41,333 bases of DNA from Candidatus Staskawiczbacteria bacterium RIFOXYB1_FULL_37_44 (GCA_001822065.1 MHPJ01000010.1:1-41333); one strand, 5' to 3'; counted from the stretch's first letter, positions 17,437 through 26,878 are shown. The notes: generated by a model from the sequence alone, not told the origin. Translations and numbers: made by a program.

Positions 17437-18735
17437 TCAGCCTCGAGTCTTATTTTTTTCTTGCTTTGCGCGAACCATGCGGAAAACTGTCCGCAAGAAA
17501 TTCTTGCATTGGACAGGTTTCATATCAAGGAAGGCTTCACCGGGATTGTGGAACTGCCCGACTGCTTTGTCGTACAACTTAGCAGCCTTCGGGCTTTTTG
17601 AAACAACTTCCACAAGACCGATATGACCGTCTGACCTGCGCGCGAAGCGCAAAGTTAGATTCTTGATGGTGACTCCCTCATCAGGATTATTTGGTGGAGC
17701 CCATTTAAACTCCTCCTCGCAAATTAAGGTGGCCATGCCGACAGCGCCTTTCAAAAACTCCCACGGCTCAAGCTCTCGGTTTTCCTTCTCGAAAATCGCC
17801 GAGAATCCGCGTTTGAGCGCGGCGCCGAGTTGTTCGGTCTTCCTTTGCCAGTTTTCCAGTTTTTCACCGGACAACTGTGGCGGCGGGATAATCCTAAGTC
17901 CGTCGCAGACTTTTCCGTCGTCAGCCTTAATCGCCGACAACAGAATTGTTGCGTTTCCGAGCTCGGCAAGTCCGTTTTTGTGGCCGGTAATTCCGGTCAC
18001 AATCAGAACTTGCTTGTCGATTCCGTTTAGTTGGCTTTCCAGTTCGAAAGTCGCCTTGTTGTCGATTCCAAGTTGGAACTTTCCGAGTTTTCCAGCCCAA
18101 GCTTCCTGTGGAATGATTTCTTCGTCGGAAGTCCGGGGTTTGGGCGGGGCAGTCACGGTAGCGAGTTTTTCTGCAGACCGTGTTTCCACGGCGTGCAATT
18201 GCTCGCCGCGCAACCTGCCCACAAGCTGCAGAATCTCGGTTTTGTCTTCGGGTTTGAGCCCAAAACCTTCTGCCGTAACTTGAAAGGTTGGCGACAGGTA
18301 TTTCTCCTGTGCCGCCCAGACAAGTATGTCCACTGCTTCTTGCTCATTTATTTCTCGTTTCATTTTGAAACGAATGTTTGCAAGGTGCGCGGCACGCCGG
18401 AGGGCAAACGCCGAATTCTCCATGAGCTTGGCGATGCCGAGCTTGAACCGCGAAATAACGTCGGCCCAGGTAAGCTCCGGAATATCCGAGGGGTTGTCGA
18501 GTCCTGCTTCGATTTTCTCGGTCTCGGCCAGAAACTCGAACACCAGCGGCAGAACGACTGCCAGCAGGTACTCGGCGTGCTCAGCAATTTTGCCGGCGGC
18601 CGCCTGCACAGCCTTGATGGCCTCCATCGCCGAGCGTTTCTTTTCGCTCGGCTCCATACGCGAGGGGTCTTTCTCAATGGCCTCGAGTAGTTCGGTGATG
18701 GACAGTTCAACCTGGGTGTCAATGGTTTTTTCCAT
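17437..18735 (-). CDS. GC-rich hypothetical cytoplasmic protein (432 aa)
   Basis: Long ORF with GC-ending codons, SD GAAGGA, own promoter and terminator; no recognised domain. Confidence 0.75.
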   Translation of the reverse strand: MEKTIDTQVELSITELLEAIEKDPSRMEPSEKKRSAMEAIKAVQAAAGKIAEHAEYLLAVVLPLVFEFLAETEKIEAGLDNPSDIPELTWADVISRFKLGIAKLMENSAFALRRAAHLANIRFKMKREINEQEAVDILVWAAQEKYLSPTFQVTAEGFGLKPEDKTEILQLVGRLRGEQLHAVETRSAEKLATVTAPPKPRTSDEEIIPQEAWAGKLGKFQLGIDNKATFELESQLNGIDKQVLIVTGITGHKNGLAELGNATILLSAIKADDGKVCDGLRIIPPPQLSGEKLENWQRKTEQLGAALKRGFSAIFEKENRELEPWEFLKGAVGMATLICEEEFKWAPPNNPDEGVTIKNLTLRFARRSDGHIGLVEVVSKSPKAAKLYDKAVGQFHNPGEAFLDMKPVQCKNFLRTVFRMVRAKQEKNKTRG

Positions 18736-18813
18736 GACGAGAATCCTTCAAAAACAGGGTTTAGTGTGCCGGCCGAAAAAATATCGGGCAGCTCTTAAGT
18801 GCCTACTTTATTT

Positions 18814-18842
18814 ATTATAGCATTTTAGGAAGTCGTTGTCAA
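18814..18842 (-). promoter_or_regulatory. Perfect-consensus sigma70 promoter
   Basis: TTGACA-17nt-(TGc)TATAAT followed by AAATAAAG. Confidence 0.88.
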
Positions 18843-18854
18843 GACCTTGACCTC

Positions 18855-18882
18855 TTGACAATTAGATTGTATTTGCTATACT
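18855..18882 (+). promoter_or_regulatory. sigma70 promoter of csrA (divergent from the previous promoter)
   Basis: TTGACA-16nt-(TGc)TATACT. Confidence 0.8.
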
Positions 18883-18961
18883 TAAATCAGCTCATTAGAT
18901 GCCCTGGCTTGGAGGCTTGGGGAGCGATCCGGTTTTTCATCCTGAACAGGAGGGATTTGCA

Positions 18962-19141
18962 ATGTTGGTACTTTCCCGAAAGAAGAACGAGAGTATTGTC
19001 ATCAATGATGACATCACAATCGTTGTCGTTGAAATCCGGGGCGACAAAGTGCGCCTTGGTATTGAAGCGCCCAAAGAAGTTCCGGTGCATCGGCGAGAGG
19101 TTTTCGACGCCATCCGTCGCAACGATGCGACGGTCAAGTAG
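18962..19141 (+). CDS. csrA: Carbon storage regulator CsrA
   Basis: MLVLSRKKNESIVI...KVRLGIEAPKEVPVHRREV; SD CAGGAGG upstream. Confidence 0.96.
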   Translation: MLVLSRKKNESIVINDDITIVVVEIRGDKVRLGIEAPKEVPVHRREVFDAIRRNDATVK

Positions 19142-19171
19142 GCTATGCAAATGCCCGGCAGATAGTATTTT

Positions 19172-19203
19172 AGCAGGAAGCTTCGGCGACCTGCTCTTTT
19201 TTT
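19172..19203 (+). terminator. Intrinsic terminator of csrA
   Basis: AGCAGG-AA-GC-TTCG-GC-GA-CCTGCT followed by C and U7. Confidence 0.8.
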
Positions 19204-19232
19204 GTTTAAAATTATAAGATAATATAAAAAAT

Positions 19233-19961
19233 ATGATTATAGATACGCATTCGCATTTAAGCTTTAAAGCATACAATACAGATAGAGATGAGGTTATAAA
19301 ACGCAATTTAGAAAATGGCGTTGTTTGTATTGATGTTGGAACTGATTATAATTCAAGTAAAAAAGCTGTTGAATTGGCAAAAAAATATGAAAATATTTAT
19401 GCGTCTGTTGGCATGCACCCCGAAGTTGTTGATGAAGAATTCGACAAAGAAAAATATATAGAATTAGCGAAGTCAAAAAAGATTGTTGCTATTGGGGAGA
19501 TCGGGCTGGATTATAAGTTTAAAAACGAAGGTCAAAAAAAACTTTTTATTGAGCAATTAGAATTAGCAAAAGAATTAAATTTGCCGGTTATTATTCACTG
19601 CCGCGCTGCTCACAATGATGTGCTGGAAATTCTTAAAAACTACAAACTATCCGGAGTTATTCACTGTTTTACAGGCAATTGGCAAGAAGCTCAAAAATAT
19701 TTGGAGTTGGGTTTTTATTTGGGAATTAACGGAATAATCGATAAATTAAATTTGGACGAAGTTATAAAAAATTGTTCGTTAGATAAAATTTTGGTTGAGA
19801 CAGATTGTCCGTATTTGACTCCGAAAGAAGAAGGAACTAAACGAAATGAGCCAATTTTTGTAAAACATGTTATTCAAAAAATTGCAGGCTTACGAGAAAT
19901 TACTTTTGACGAAGTTGCCTCTGCAACTTTTCAAAACGCAAAAAACCTATTTAGAATATAA
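19233..19961 (+). CDS. tatD: TatD family hydrolase/DNase
   Basis: IDTHSHL, GMHP, AIGEIGLDY, IIHCR, HCFTG, ETDCPYL and RNEP. Confidence 0.95.
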   Translation: MIIDTHSHLSFKAYNTDRDEVIKRNLENGVVCIDVGTDYNSSKKAVELAKKYENIYASVGMHPEVVDEEFDKEKYIELAKSKKIVAIGEIGLDYKFKNEGQKKLFIEQLELAKELNLPVIIHCRAAHNDVLEILKNYKLSGVIHCFTGNWQEAQKYLELGFYLGINGIIDKLNLDEVIKNCSLDKILVETDCPYLTPKEEGTKRNEPIFVKHVIQKIAGLREITFDEVASATFQNAKNLFRI

Positions 19962-19967
19962 AACATC

Positions 19968-19996
19968 TTGACAGTCAGGTGTGTTTTTGGTAACTT
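19968..19996 (+). promoter_or_regulatory. sigma70 promoter upstream of a structured noncoding region
   Basis: TTGACA-17nt-(TGg)TAACTT. Confidence 0.7.
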
Positions 19997-20002
19997 TAAT
20001 TT

Positions 20003-20355
20003 GATGATGCTCCTTTGATCGTGAGGAGAGGGGCCGCTGATAGTTTCCCGCTTAGGATATGGTGTCTCAGACGTGAAACTATTATGTCCCTCTCCTCGTT
20101 TTGAGGAATTTGTTCTTTGATAGCGTCCTATGCGAGAAGAAGGGTTGAAGACTTTCCGTTTTTAGCCCACGGGAATGATAGGAAGGCTCGTCGCTTTCCT
20201 TCGGTTGCCTCCGTCGCAGCCTTTCTTCTCGCTTTGTCTTATCAAACCCATCTGGGTTTGGTTATAGCCTTCGGGCAAACCCCAAAGAGAGATATTATAG
20301 TACCGCGCGGTCATTCTTGCGTATTATTTCCCCATCTCTCTGCGGGGCTTTTTTT
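20003..20355 (+). ncRNA. Candidate multi-hairpin ncRNA of about 350 nt, unknown family
   Basis: Long G-U-containing stems 20023-20034/20086-20097, 20132-20147/20217-20232 and 20286-20293/20334-20341; UUCG tetraloop at 20267-20276; U7 end. Confidence 0.65.
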
Positions 20356-20508
20356 ATAAACTTTTTGCAAAAAAATACCAAAATAAGTCTACGCCATATT
20401 ATTGCTATAGCATTGGTGCGGAGTATAGTATACTTTGTATTTAAAGTAGTTATTTGTCAAGATTTACGAAGTTAAAGATATTTGGTAAAATAAAAAATTA
20501 AAGAAAGA

Positions 20509-22989
20509 ATGAAAAGATACAGTCCAAAATTAATAGAGAAAAAATGGCAGGAGAAGTGGTATGGCTCGGGCGTTTTTAAGGCGCAGAACGGTTCTAAAAA
20601 AAGGAAATTTTATCTTTTAGTTGAGTTTCCTTATCCGTCTGGAGACGGGCTTCATGTTGGACATTGCCGAAGCTACACTGCTTTAGACGTAATTGCCAGA
20701 AAAAAAAGAATGGAGGGCAATAATGTTTTATTTCCAATTGGTTGGGACGCTTTTGGCTTGCCTACAGAAAATTATGCTATAAAAAAAGGAGTCCATCCGT
20801 CTATTGTTACGAAAAAAAACACAGATAATTTTAGACGGCAAATGAAAGAATTGGGGTTTTCTTTTGACTGGTCAAGAGAGATAAATACCACAGACCCTAA
20901 ATATTACAAATGGACGCAATGGATATTTTTAAAATTATTTGAGTCGGGATTAGCCTATAAAGATAAAATTGCAATAAATTGGTGTCCTAAGGACAAGATT
21001 GGTTTAGCAAACGAAGAAGTTATTGGCGGAAAATGCGAAAGATGTGGAACAAAAGTTGAAAAAAAAGAAAAAGAGCAGTGGATGATAAAAATTACAAAAT
21101 ATGCTGAAAGGCTGGTGAAAGACTTGGACAATGTAAATTTTTTAGAAAAAATAAAAACACAGCAGAAAGAATGGATTGGCGAGAGCCACGGAGCAATTGT
21201 AAAATTTTCTGTTGAAGGGATTGAAGAAAGTATTGAAGTTTTTACCACGAGGATGGACACGATATTTTCGGGCACATTTTTAATTTTGGCTCCCGGGCAT
21301 AATTTTATAGAAAAATATAAAAACAAAATTGAAAATATTGATGAGGTTTTAAAATATAAAGAAGAAGCAAAAAACAGCTCGGACATTGATAGGACAAATT
21401 TGGACAAAGATGTGACAGGCGTGCAGTTAAAAGGAATTGTTGCCAAAAATCCGGCAACAAACGAAGAAATGCCTGTTTGGATTGCGGATTTTGTTTTAGA
21501 GCAATATGGAACCGGAGCTGTTTTTGCCGACGCGCACGACAAGAGGGATTTTAAAATGGCAAAAAAATATGGCATTGCCTTGCGTACCTCAATTAAGCCA
21601 AACGATGAACTTTTGTGGCAAAAAGTAAAAAATTTGGAAGAATGTTTTGAAGGCGATGGGACATTGTACAATTCTAGCCAGTTTGACGGAATGTCTTCAG
21701 CAATTGCAAGACCTTTAATTATTGCATGGCTTTTGGGAAAGGGCTTGGCAAAACCAAAAACAAGCTATAAATTGCGCGATTGGGTTTTTTCGCGCCAGCA
21801 TTACTGGGGCGAACCCATTCCGCTTATTTTTTGTAGTCAGTGTGGTTGGCAACCTGTTCCTGAAAAGGATTTACCAATAGAATTGCCAAAAGTCAAAAAT
21901 TATAAACCAACAGACACGGGTGAATCGCCTTTGGCCGCAATTTCAAAATGGATAAATGTAAAATGCCCAAAATGCAAAGGCTTTGCAAAACGGGAAACCG
22001 ACACAATGCCAAACTGGGCAGGATCAAATTGGTACTACCTCGCATATGCTATGCTCGGAAATTCGAAATCCGAAGCACGAAATCCGAAACTCGACTGGAA
22101 TGAAAAAAATATAAAATACTGGATGAGTGTTGATTGGTATAATGGCGGGATGGAACACACAACTTTGCATTTGCTTTATTCGCGGTTTATTTTTAAATTT
22201 TTATGGGACATCGGGGCGGTTCCAAAACAAATTGGCGCAGAGCCTTACAAAAAAAGAACTTCACATGGAATGGTTTTAGGTGAAGGCGGAATTAAAATGT
22301 CTAAGTCAAAAGGAAATGTAATAAATCCCGATTCTGTTGTAAAACAATATGGAGCAGATACTTTGCGTGTATACGAAATGTTTATGGGGCCTTTTGAGCA
22401 AATGATTCCTTGGGACGCAAAAGGAGTGGTGGGATGCCAGAGATTTTTGGAAAAAATTTATAACCTTGCGCTAAAAATCAATCCGGCTATGAGGCGTGGC
22501 GCAAAGTCAAACAGCGAGTTGGATCCAAAATTTAAATTTTCGCTGAATAAAACAATTAAAAAAATCAGCGAAGACATAGAGGCAATGAAATTTAACACGG
22601 CAGTTTCTTCGCTGATGATTTTGGCAAATAATTTTATTGAAAATAAAGAGTTTATTGCAAAAGAAGATGTGAAGACTTTGCTGTTGCTGTTAAGCCCTTT
22701 TGCTCCGCACTTGGCTGAAGAGCTTTGGCTTGCGTCGAGTTTTAAGGGATTGTGCTGCAATCAAAAATGGCCCAAATATAATCCAAAATTTATTGAAGAA
22801 GAAAAAGTCTTGCTGATTGTGCAAATAAACGGTAAGGTTAGAGATAAAATAGAAGCTGATTTTGGAATTTCCCAAAAAGAAGCTGAAAGTTTAGCATTAA
22901 AATCTGAAAAAATAAAAGTTTTGGTTGGCGGAAACAAACCTGTAAAAATAATTTTCGTGGCAAATAAATTAATTAATATTGTAATTTAA
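20509..22989 (+). CDS. leuS: Leucine--tRNA ligase
   Basis: FPYPSGDGLHVGH, GWDAFGLPTEN, LRDWVFSRQHYWGEPIP, KMSKS and QINGKVR. Confidence 0.98.
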   Translation: MKRYSPKLIEKKWQEKWYGSGVFKAQNGSKKRKFYLLVEFPYPSGDGLHVGHCRSYTALDVIARKKRMEGNNVLFPIGWDAFGLPTENYAIKKGVHPSIVTKKNTDNFRRQMKELGFSFDWSREINTTDPKYYKWTQWIFLKLFESGLAYKDKIAINWCPKDKIGLANEEVIGGKCERCGTKVEKKEKEQWMIKITKYAERLVKDLDNVNFLEKIKTQQKEWIGESHGAIVKFSVEGIEESIEVFTTRMDTIFSGTFLILAPGHNFIEKYKNKIENIDEVLKYKEEAKNSSDIDRTNLDKDVTGVQLKGIVAKNPATNEEMPVWIADFVLEQYGTGAVFADAHDKRDFKMAKKYGIALRTSIKPNDELLWQKVKNLEECFEGDGTLYNSSQFDGMSSAIARPLIIAWLLGKGLAKPKTSYKLRDWVFSRQHYWGEPIPLIFCSQCGWQPVPEKDLPIELPKVKNYKPTDTGESPLAAISKWINVKCPKCKGFAKRETDTMPNWAGSNWYYLAYAMLGNSKSEARNPKLDWNEKNIKYWMSVDWYNGGMEHTTLHLLYSRFIFKFLWDIGAVPKQIGAEPYKKRTSHGMVLGEGGIKMSKSKGNVINPDSVVKQYGADTLRVYEMFMGPFEQMIPWDAKGVVGCQRFLEKIYNLALKINPAMRRGAKSNSELDPKFKFSLNKTIKKISEDIEAMKFNTAVSSLMILANNFIENKEFIAKEDVKTLLLLLSPFAPHLAEELWLASSFKGLCCNQKWPKYNPKFIEEEKVLLIVQINGKVRDKIEADFGISQKEAESLALKSEKIKVLVGGNKPVKIIFVANKLINIVI

Positions 22990-22995
22990 AATTAA

Positions 22996-24738
22996 ATGGC
23001 AAAAAAAGTTTTGTTGGGAAACGAAGCAATTGTAAGGGGAGCCTTGGAAGCCGGAGTTAGTTTTGTTACAGGTTACCCGGGATGTCCCTCGGCCGAAATT
23101 GGCGAAGAATTTTTGCGCATTGCAAAAAAGGAAGGAATTTATGCAGAATGGGCAACAAATGAAAAAGTTGCTTTAGAATCTGCCATTGGCGCCAGTTTTT
23201 CTGGATTAAAAAGTTTGATAAATATGAAAAGTTTTGGAATAAATGTTTGTTCTGACAGCTTGTTGCCTTTGGCTTATACCGGCGTTAAAGCTCCAATGGT
23301 AATCGTTGTTGCAGACGATCCGAGCTGCCATAGCTCGGCGCAATCTGAACAAGATTCAAGAGGTTATGCTTTTTTGTCGCACATTCCTGTTTTAGAGCCC
23401 GCCGATGTGCAAGAATGCTATGAGTTTACAAAACTAGGGTTTGAAATTTCTGAAAAATTTAATATTCCGGTAATTTTACGCACCACAACGCGTGTTAATC
23501 ATCAGAGAGCAATAGTTGAATTTAATGAGATTGCTTCGTCGCAAGCTCCTCGCAATGACGGGAATTTTGTGAAAAATCCGCACCAGTTTTGCACAATGCC
23601 TCCGCGGGTTTTGGAAATGAAAAAAGAGCTTTTGGAAAAAATGGAAAAAATAAAACAGTTTGCAGAAAAATCGAAAATTAACAAAATTGAAAATTCATTA
23701 AAAATAGGTAATTCTAAATTGGGAATTATCACATCTGGCGTGTCTTATTTGTATGTAAAAGAAGCGCTTGGCGAACTTGGCTTGAATTTGCCAATTTTAA
23801 AATTGGGATTTTTTTATCCTTTGCCAGATAAAACTGTTTTAAAATTTATTAAAGGCCAGAAAAAAGTTTTAGTTGTGGAGGAATTAAACGGCTATATAGA
23901 AAACGGAATAAAAATAATTGCCAAAGACGCGAATTTAAAAACCGAAATACTCGGCAAAAATGTTTTGCCTGAAATTGGTGAATTAAATACAGAAAAAATT
24001 ATTTTAGCTTTGTTAAAAGTCCTGAAATTGAAAATTGGAAAATTGGAAAACTCATTGAAAATAGAATCGCTTTGCTGTAATTCTGCGGAATTAAGTGAAA
24101 ATTTAAAATTGGAAATTCCCCGCAGATTTCCAAAACTTTGCGAGGGATGCCCGCATTTGTACACATTGGCCGCAATTAAAAGAGCGGCTCCGGAAAATAC
24201 AGTTTTTGGCGGAGACATCGGATGCTATATGATTGCCGGATATCCTCCGCACAATATGCAAGATTATGTTTTTTCAATGGGCTCGTCTATGGGAATAAGC
24301 CACGGCATTGTGAAAGCAACCAGCCCCGCCTTCGCCAAGGCTTCGGCGGGCAAGCAAAAGGTGATTTCTTTAATTGGCGACGCGACATTTTTTCATGCTG
24401 GAATTCAAGGATTGATAAATATGGTTTATAACAAATCTAATTCGCTGGTTGTTATTTTAGACAACAGGATTACCGCAATGACCGGCCACCAGCCAAACCC
24501 GGGAATGGGAAAAAACGGAATGGGAGAAACGGTTGAAGAGCTGAAAATTGAAGATATTGTAAGAGCTTGCGGAGTAAAACATATTAAAGTTTTAGATCCG
24601 ATAAATGTAAAAGAGCTGGAAGAGACAGTAAAAGATTTTCTAACAAAAGACGAAGTTTCGGTTATAATTTCAAAGCGCATTTGCGCATTGCTGGAAAGAC
24701 GGCAGCCAAAAAGTGAATCTCTACAAGTAGTTGAATAA
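22996..24738 (+). CDS. iorA: Indolepyruvate:ferredoxin oxidoreductase alpha subunit (no C-terminal ferredoxin domain)
   Basis: LLGNEAIVRGALEAG, GYPGCPS, NEKVALE, CEGCPH, GDIGCY, IGDATFFH and LDNRITAMTGHQP. Confidence 0.93.
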   Translation: MAKKVLLGNEAIVRGALEAGVSFVTGYPGCPSAEIGEEFLRIAKKEGIYAEWATNEKVALESAIGASFSGLKSLINMKSFGINVCSDSLLPLAYTGVKAPMVIVVADDPSCHSSAQSEQDSRGYAFLSHIPVLEPADVQECYEFTKLGFEISEKFNIPVILRTTTRVNHQRAIVEFNEIASSQAPRNDGNFVKNPHQFCTMPPRVLEMKKELLEKMEKIKQFAEKSKINKIENSLKIGNSKLGIITSGVSYLYVKEALGELGLNLPILKLGFFYPLPDKTVLKFIKGQKKVLVVEELNGYIENGIKIIAKDANLKTEILGKNVLPEIGELNTEKIILALLKVLKLKIGKLENSLKIESLCCNSAELSENLKLEIPRRFPKLCEGCPHLYTLAAIKRAAPENTVFGGDIGCYMIAGYPPHNMQDYVFSMGSSMGISHGIVKATSPAFAKASAGKQKVISLIGDATFFHAGIQGLINMVYNKSNSLVVILDNRITAMTGHQPNPGMGKNGMGETVEELKIEDIVRACGVKHIKVLDPINVKELEETVKDFLTKDEVSVIISKRICALLERRQPKSESLQVVE

Positions 24739-24743
24739 AAATT

Positions 24744-25313
24744 ATGAAAAATTTTAATATTATTATTGCGGGAGTTGGCGGACAAGGTTTGATTACTTTG
24801 GTAAAAATTATTACAGAAGCTGCTTTTATTGAAGGTTGCGATGTTAAAAGTTCCGAGCTCCACGGGCTTTCGCAAAGAGGCGGAAGCGTTATTGTGCATA
24901 TAAGATTCGGTAAAAAAATATATTCTCCATTGGTAAAAACTGGCGGAGCGGATTTGATAATCGGGCTTGAAGAGCTGGAAGGTTTGAGGGCGCATGTTTT
25001 TGCCGGTCCGCAGACAAAATTTTTAGTTAATAAATATTTCTCTCCGTTTATTGGAACATTGCCGGAAGAAAAAATTATGGAAAATTTGAATAAGATAGCA
25101 AAAAATAATTTGTATTTAGTTGAAGCTTCAAAAATTTGCAAAGAAAAACTGCAAAACGAAGTGGTTAGCAGTTTGTATCTTTTGGGCTTTTGCGTTAACG
25201 AAAAATTAATACCGCTTAGCGGGGGCTCAATCTTTGAGGCGATTAAAAAAACAATGCCGGAAAAATTTGTAGATTTGAATATTAAAGCTTTTGAATTATC
25301 TAAAAATATATGA
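24744..25313 (+). CDS. iorB: Indolepyruvate oxidoreductase beta subunit
   Basis: AGVGGQG, SELHGLSQRGGSVIVHIRFG and DLNIKAF. Confidence 0.93.
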   Translation: MKNFNIIIAGVGGQGLITLVKIITEAAFIEGCDVKSSELHGLSQRGGSVIVHIRFGKKIYSPLVKTGGADLIIGLEELEGLRAHVFAGPQTKFLVNKYFSPFIGTLPEEKIMENLNKIAKNNLYLVEASKICKEKLQNEVVSSLYLLGFCVNEKLIPLSGGSIFEAIKKTMPEKFVDLNIKAFELSKNI

Positions 25314-26077
25314 AAGTTGTAATTGCCGCTGCCGGACAAGGAACAAGAATGCTGGATTTGTCAATGAATAAATCCAAACATTTAATAGAGGTTGAAAAAC
25401 GGCCGTTTTTGGCGTATGTTTTGGACAATTTAGTTGCCGCCGGATATAACGACATAATTTTGGTAGTGGGTTTTAAAGAAGAACTGATGGAAGAATTTAG
25501 GAAAGAATTCTTAAAATACGTTAAATCATCCGGTGAATTAAAAATTAGAATTATTAACCAGCACAAGATTTTAGGTCCAAAAGAAAAAGAATACGGCACT
25601 GCCTGCCCAGTAAAATGCGTTAAAAACGAGATTGGAAAAGAAAATTTTATTTATTTGTATGGCGATAATTTGTTTTCTGTAAACGATTTGAGATCATTGA
25701 ATATAGAAGACAACTTTTGCTATATTGCCGGATTAAAACATCAAAATTCGGAGAAATACGGAGTTTTAATCCGGGACGGAGAAGATTTTTTGGATAAAAT
25801 TATTGAAAAACCCAAGGAATTTGTTGGAAATTTAATTAATGCCGGGCTTTATAAATTTACTCCGGAAGTTTTTGAAAAAATAAATATAATCCAAAAATCT
25901 CCAAGGGGAGAATATGAAATAACAGACGCGATTTCTCTTTTAGCAAAAGACAGAAAAGTAAAAATTAGGGAAATAAATGATTATTGGCTGGATTTTGGAA
26001 ATCCCGAAGATATAAAAAAAGTTTCAGATTTTATAAAAAATGGACGCAATAAAACAATCGCAGAAAGCCTTAAATAG
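25310..26077 (+). CDS. Sugar-phosphate nucleotidyltransferase (NTP_transferase)
   Basis: AAAGQGTRM, YGDNLF, IIEKP, INAGLY, SPRGEYEITDAI and WLDFG. Confidence 0.9.
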   Translation: MKVVIAAAGQGTRMLDLSMNKSKHLIEVEKRPFLAYVLDNLVAAGYNDIILVVGFKEELMEEFRKEFLKYVKSSGELKIRIINQHKILGPKEKEYGTACPVKCVKNEIGKENFIYLYGDNLFSVNDLRSLNIEDNFCYIAGLKHQNSEKYGVLIRDGEDFLDKIIEKPKEFVGNLINAGLYKFTPEVFEKINIIQKSPRGEYEITDAISLLAKDRKVKIREINDYWLDFGNPEDIKKVSDFIKNGRNKTIAESLK

Positions 26078-26627
26078 AGCTGTTGAGGTTTTAAAAAACG
26101 GCGGAGTTGTAATTTTCCCCACAGATACGGTTTACGGATTTTTGGCACTTGCGGATAATGGAAAGGCAATAGAAAAAATATATAAAATTAAAAAAAGGCC
26201 AAGGTCAAAACCTTTGGCTGTTTTTGTAAAAGACATAAAAATGGCTAAAACATTAGCAGAAATTAGTGAAAAGCAAGAAAAAATCTTAAAAAAGCGCTGG
26301 CCCGGCAAATTCACCTTTATACTTGAGTGTCATTCCCGCGAAAGCGGGAATCCAGTCATCAAAGACGGAAAAATAGCCCTACGAATTCCGAAACGTAAAT
26401 TTTTAAATGATTTGTTAAAAAAAATAAATAAGCCGTTGGCGCAAACTTCGGTAAATATTTCCGGCCAGCCCGCTTTGACAAAAATCAGCGACATTATAAA
26501 TTTATTTAAAAACCGATCGACATCGGAAGTCGAACAATTTTTAATAATAGACGCGGGAAACTTGCCAAAATCAAAACCTTCAGCCATTATTGACTTGACT
26601 TCGGAAGCATTGAAAAGATTAAGATAA
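26040..26627 (+). CDS. tsaC: L-threonylcarbamoyladenylate synthase (Sua5/TsaC)
   Basis: FPTDTVYG, KKRPRSKPL, WPGKFT, ALRIP, TSVNISG and PSAIID. Confidence 0.93.
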   Translation: MDAIKQSQKALNRAVEVLKNGGVVIFPTDTVYGFLALADNGKAIEKIYKIKKRPRSKPLAVFVKDIKMAKTLAEISEKQEKILKKRWPGKFTFILECHSRESGNPVIKDGKIALRIPKRKFLNDLLKKINKPLAQTSVNISGQPALTKISDIINLFKNRSTSEVEQFLIIDAGNLPKSKPSAIIDLTSEALKRLR

Positions 26628-26680
26628 TGTTTTAATATAAAATATGTTCTCTTGTTTTCCTAATTTTGAGGAGGTTTGTT

Positions 26681-26878
26681 ATGCGAGGCAAAAGAGATGA
26701 AAAATTGAAAAAAGCGTTGGAAGCTATTGCTTCTGGATTGGGATATAACGGCAAGCCAATAAATTTGGCGCTTATTGCTGCCGAAGCCTATACAAGCACT
26801 CAGAAATTTGCAAGAGAAATCAGGCTATGCGAGGCTATAACGCGTCGAAAACTTTACGGCGCACGCTATAAAGGGTGA
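26681..26878 (+). CDS. Small basic hypothetical protein (65 aa) in its own transcription unit
   Basis: SD GAGGAGG, promoter TTGAAA-17-TAATAT (26610-26638) and terminator 26900-26923. Confidence 0.6.
   Translation: MRGKRDEKLKKALEAIASGLGYNGKPINLALIAAEAYTSTQKFAREIRLCEAITRRKLYGARYKG

Noticed and set aside
17663-18820. Several 160-220 aa plus-strand ORFs
   Set aside because: Shadows of the GC-rich 432-aa gene; expression signals support the minus strand
20295-20355. T-box riboswitch for leuS (GTACCGCG)
   Set aside because: The essential UGGN of the antiterminator bulge is missing (TAGT instead), no specifier stem is recognisable, and leuS has its own promoter-like TTTACG-17-TAAAAT downstream
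20003-20355. RNase P, tmRNA or SRP RNA
   Set aside because: No GAGGAAAGUCC/CGGCUUA, tRNA-like ends or SRP helix-8 consensus seen
20117-20359. 80-aa ORF
   Set aside because: TTG start, runs through stable stems into the terminator U-tract, no protein features; ncRNA is the better explanation
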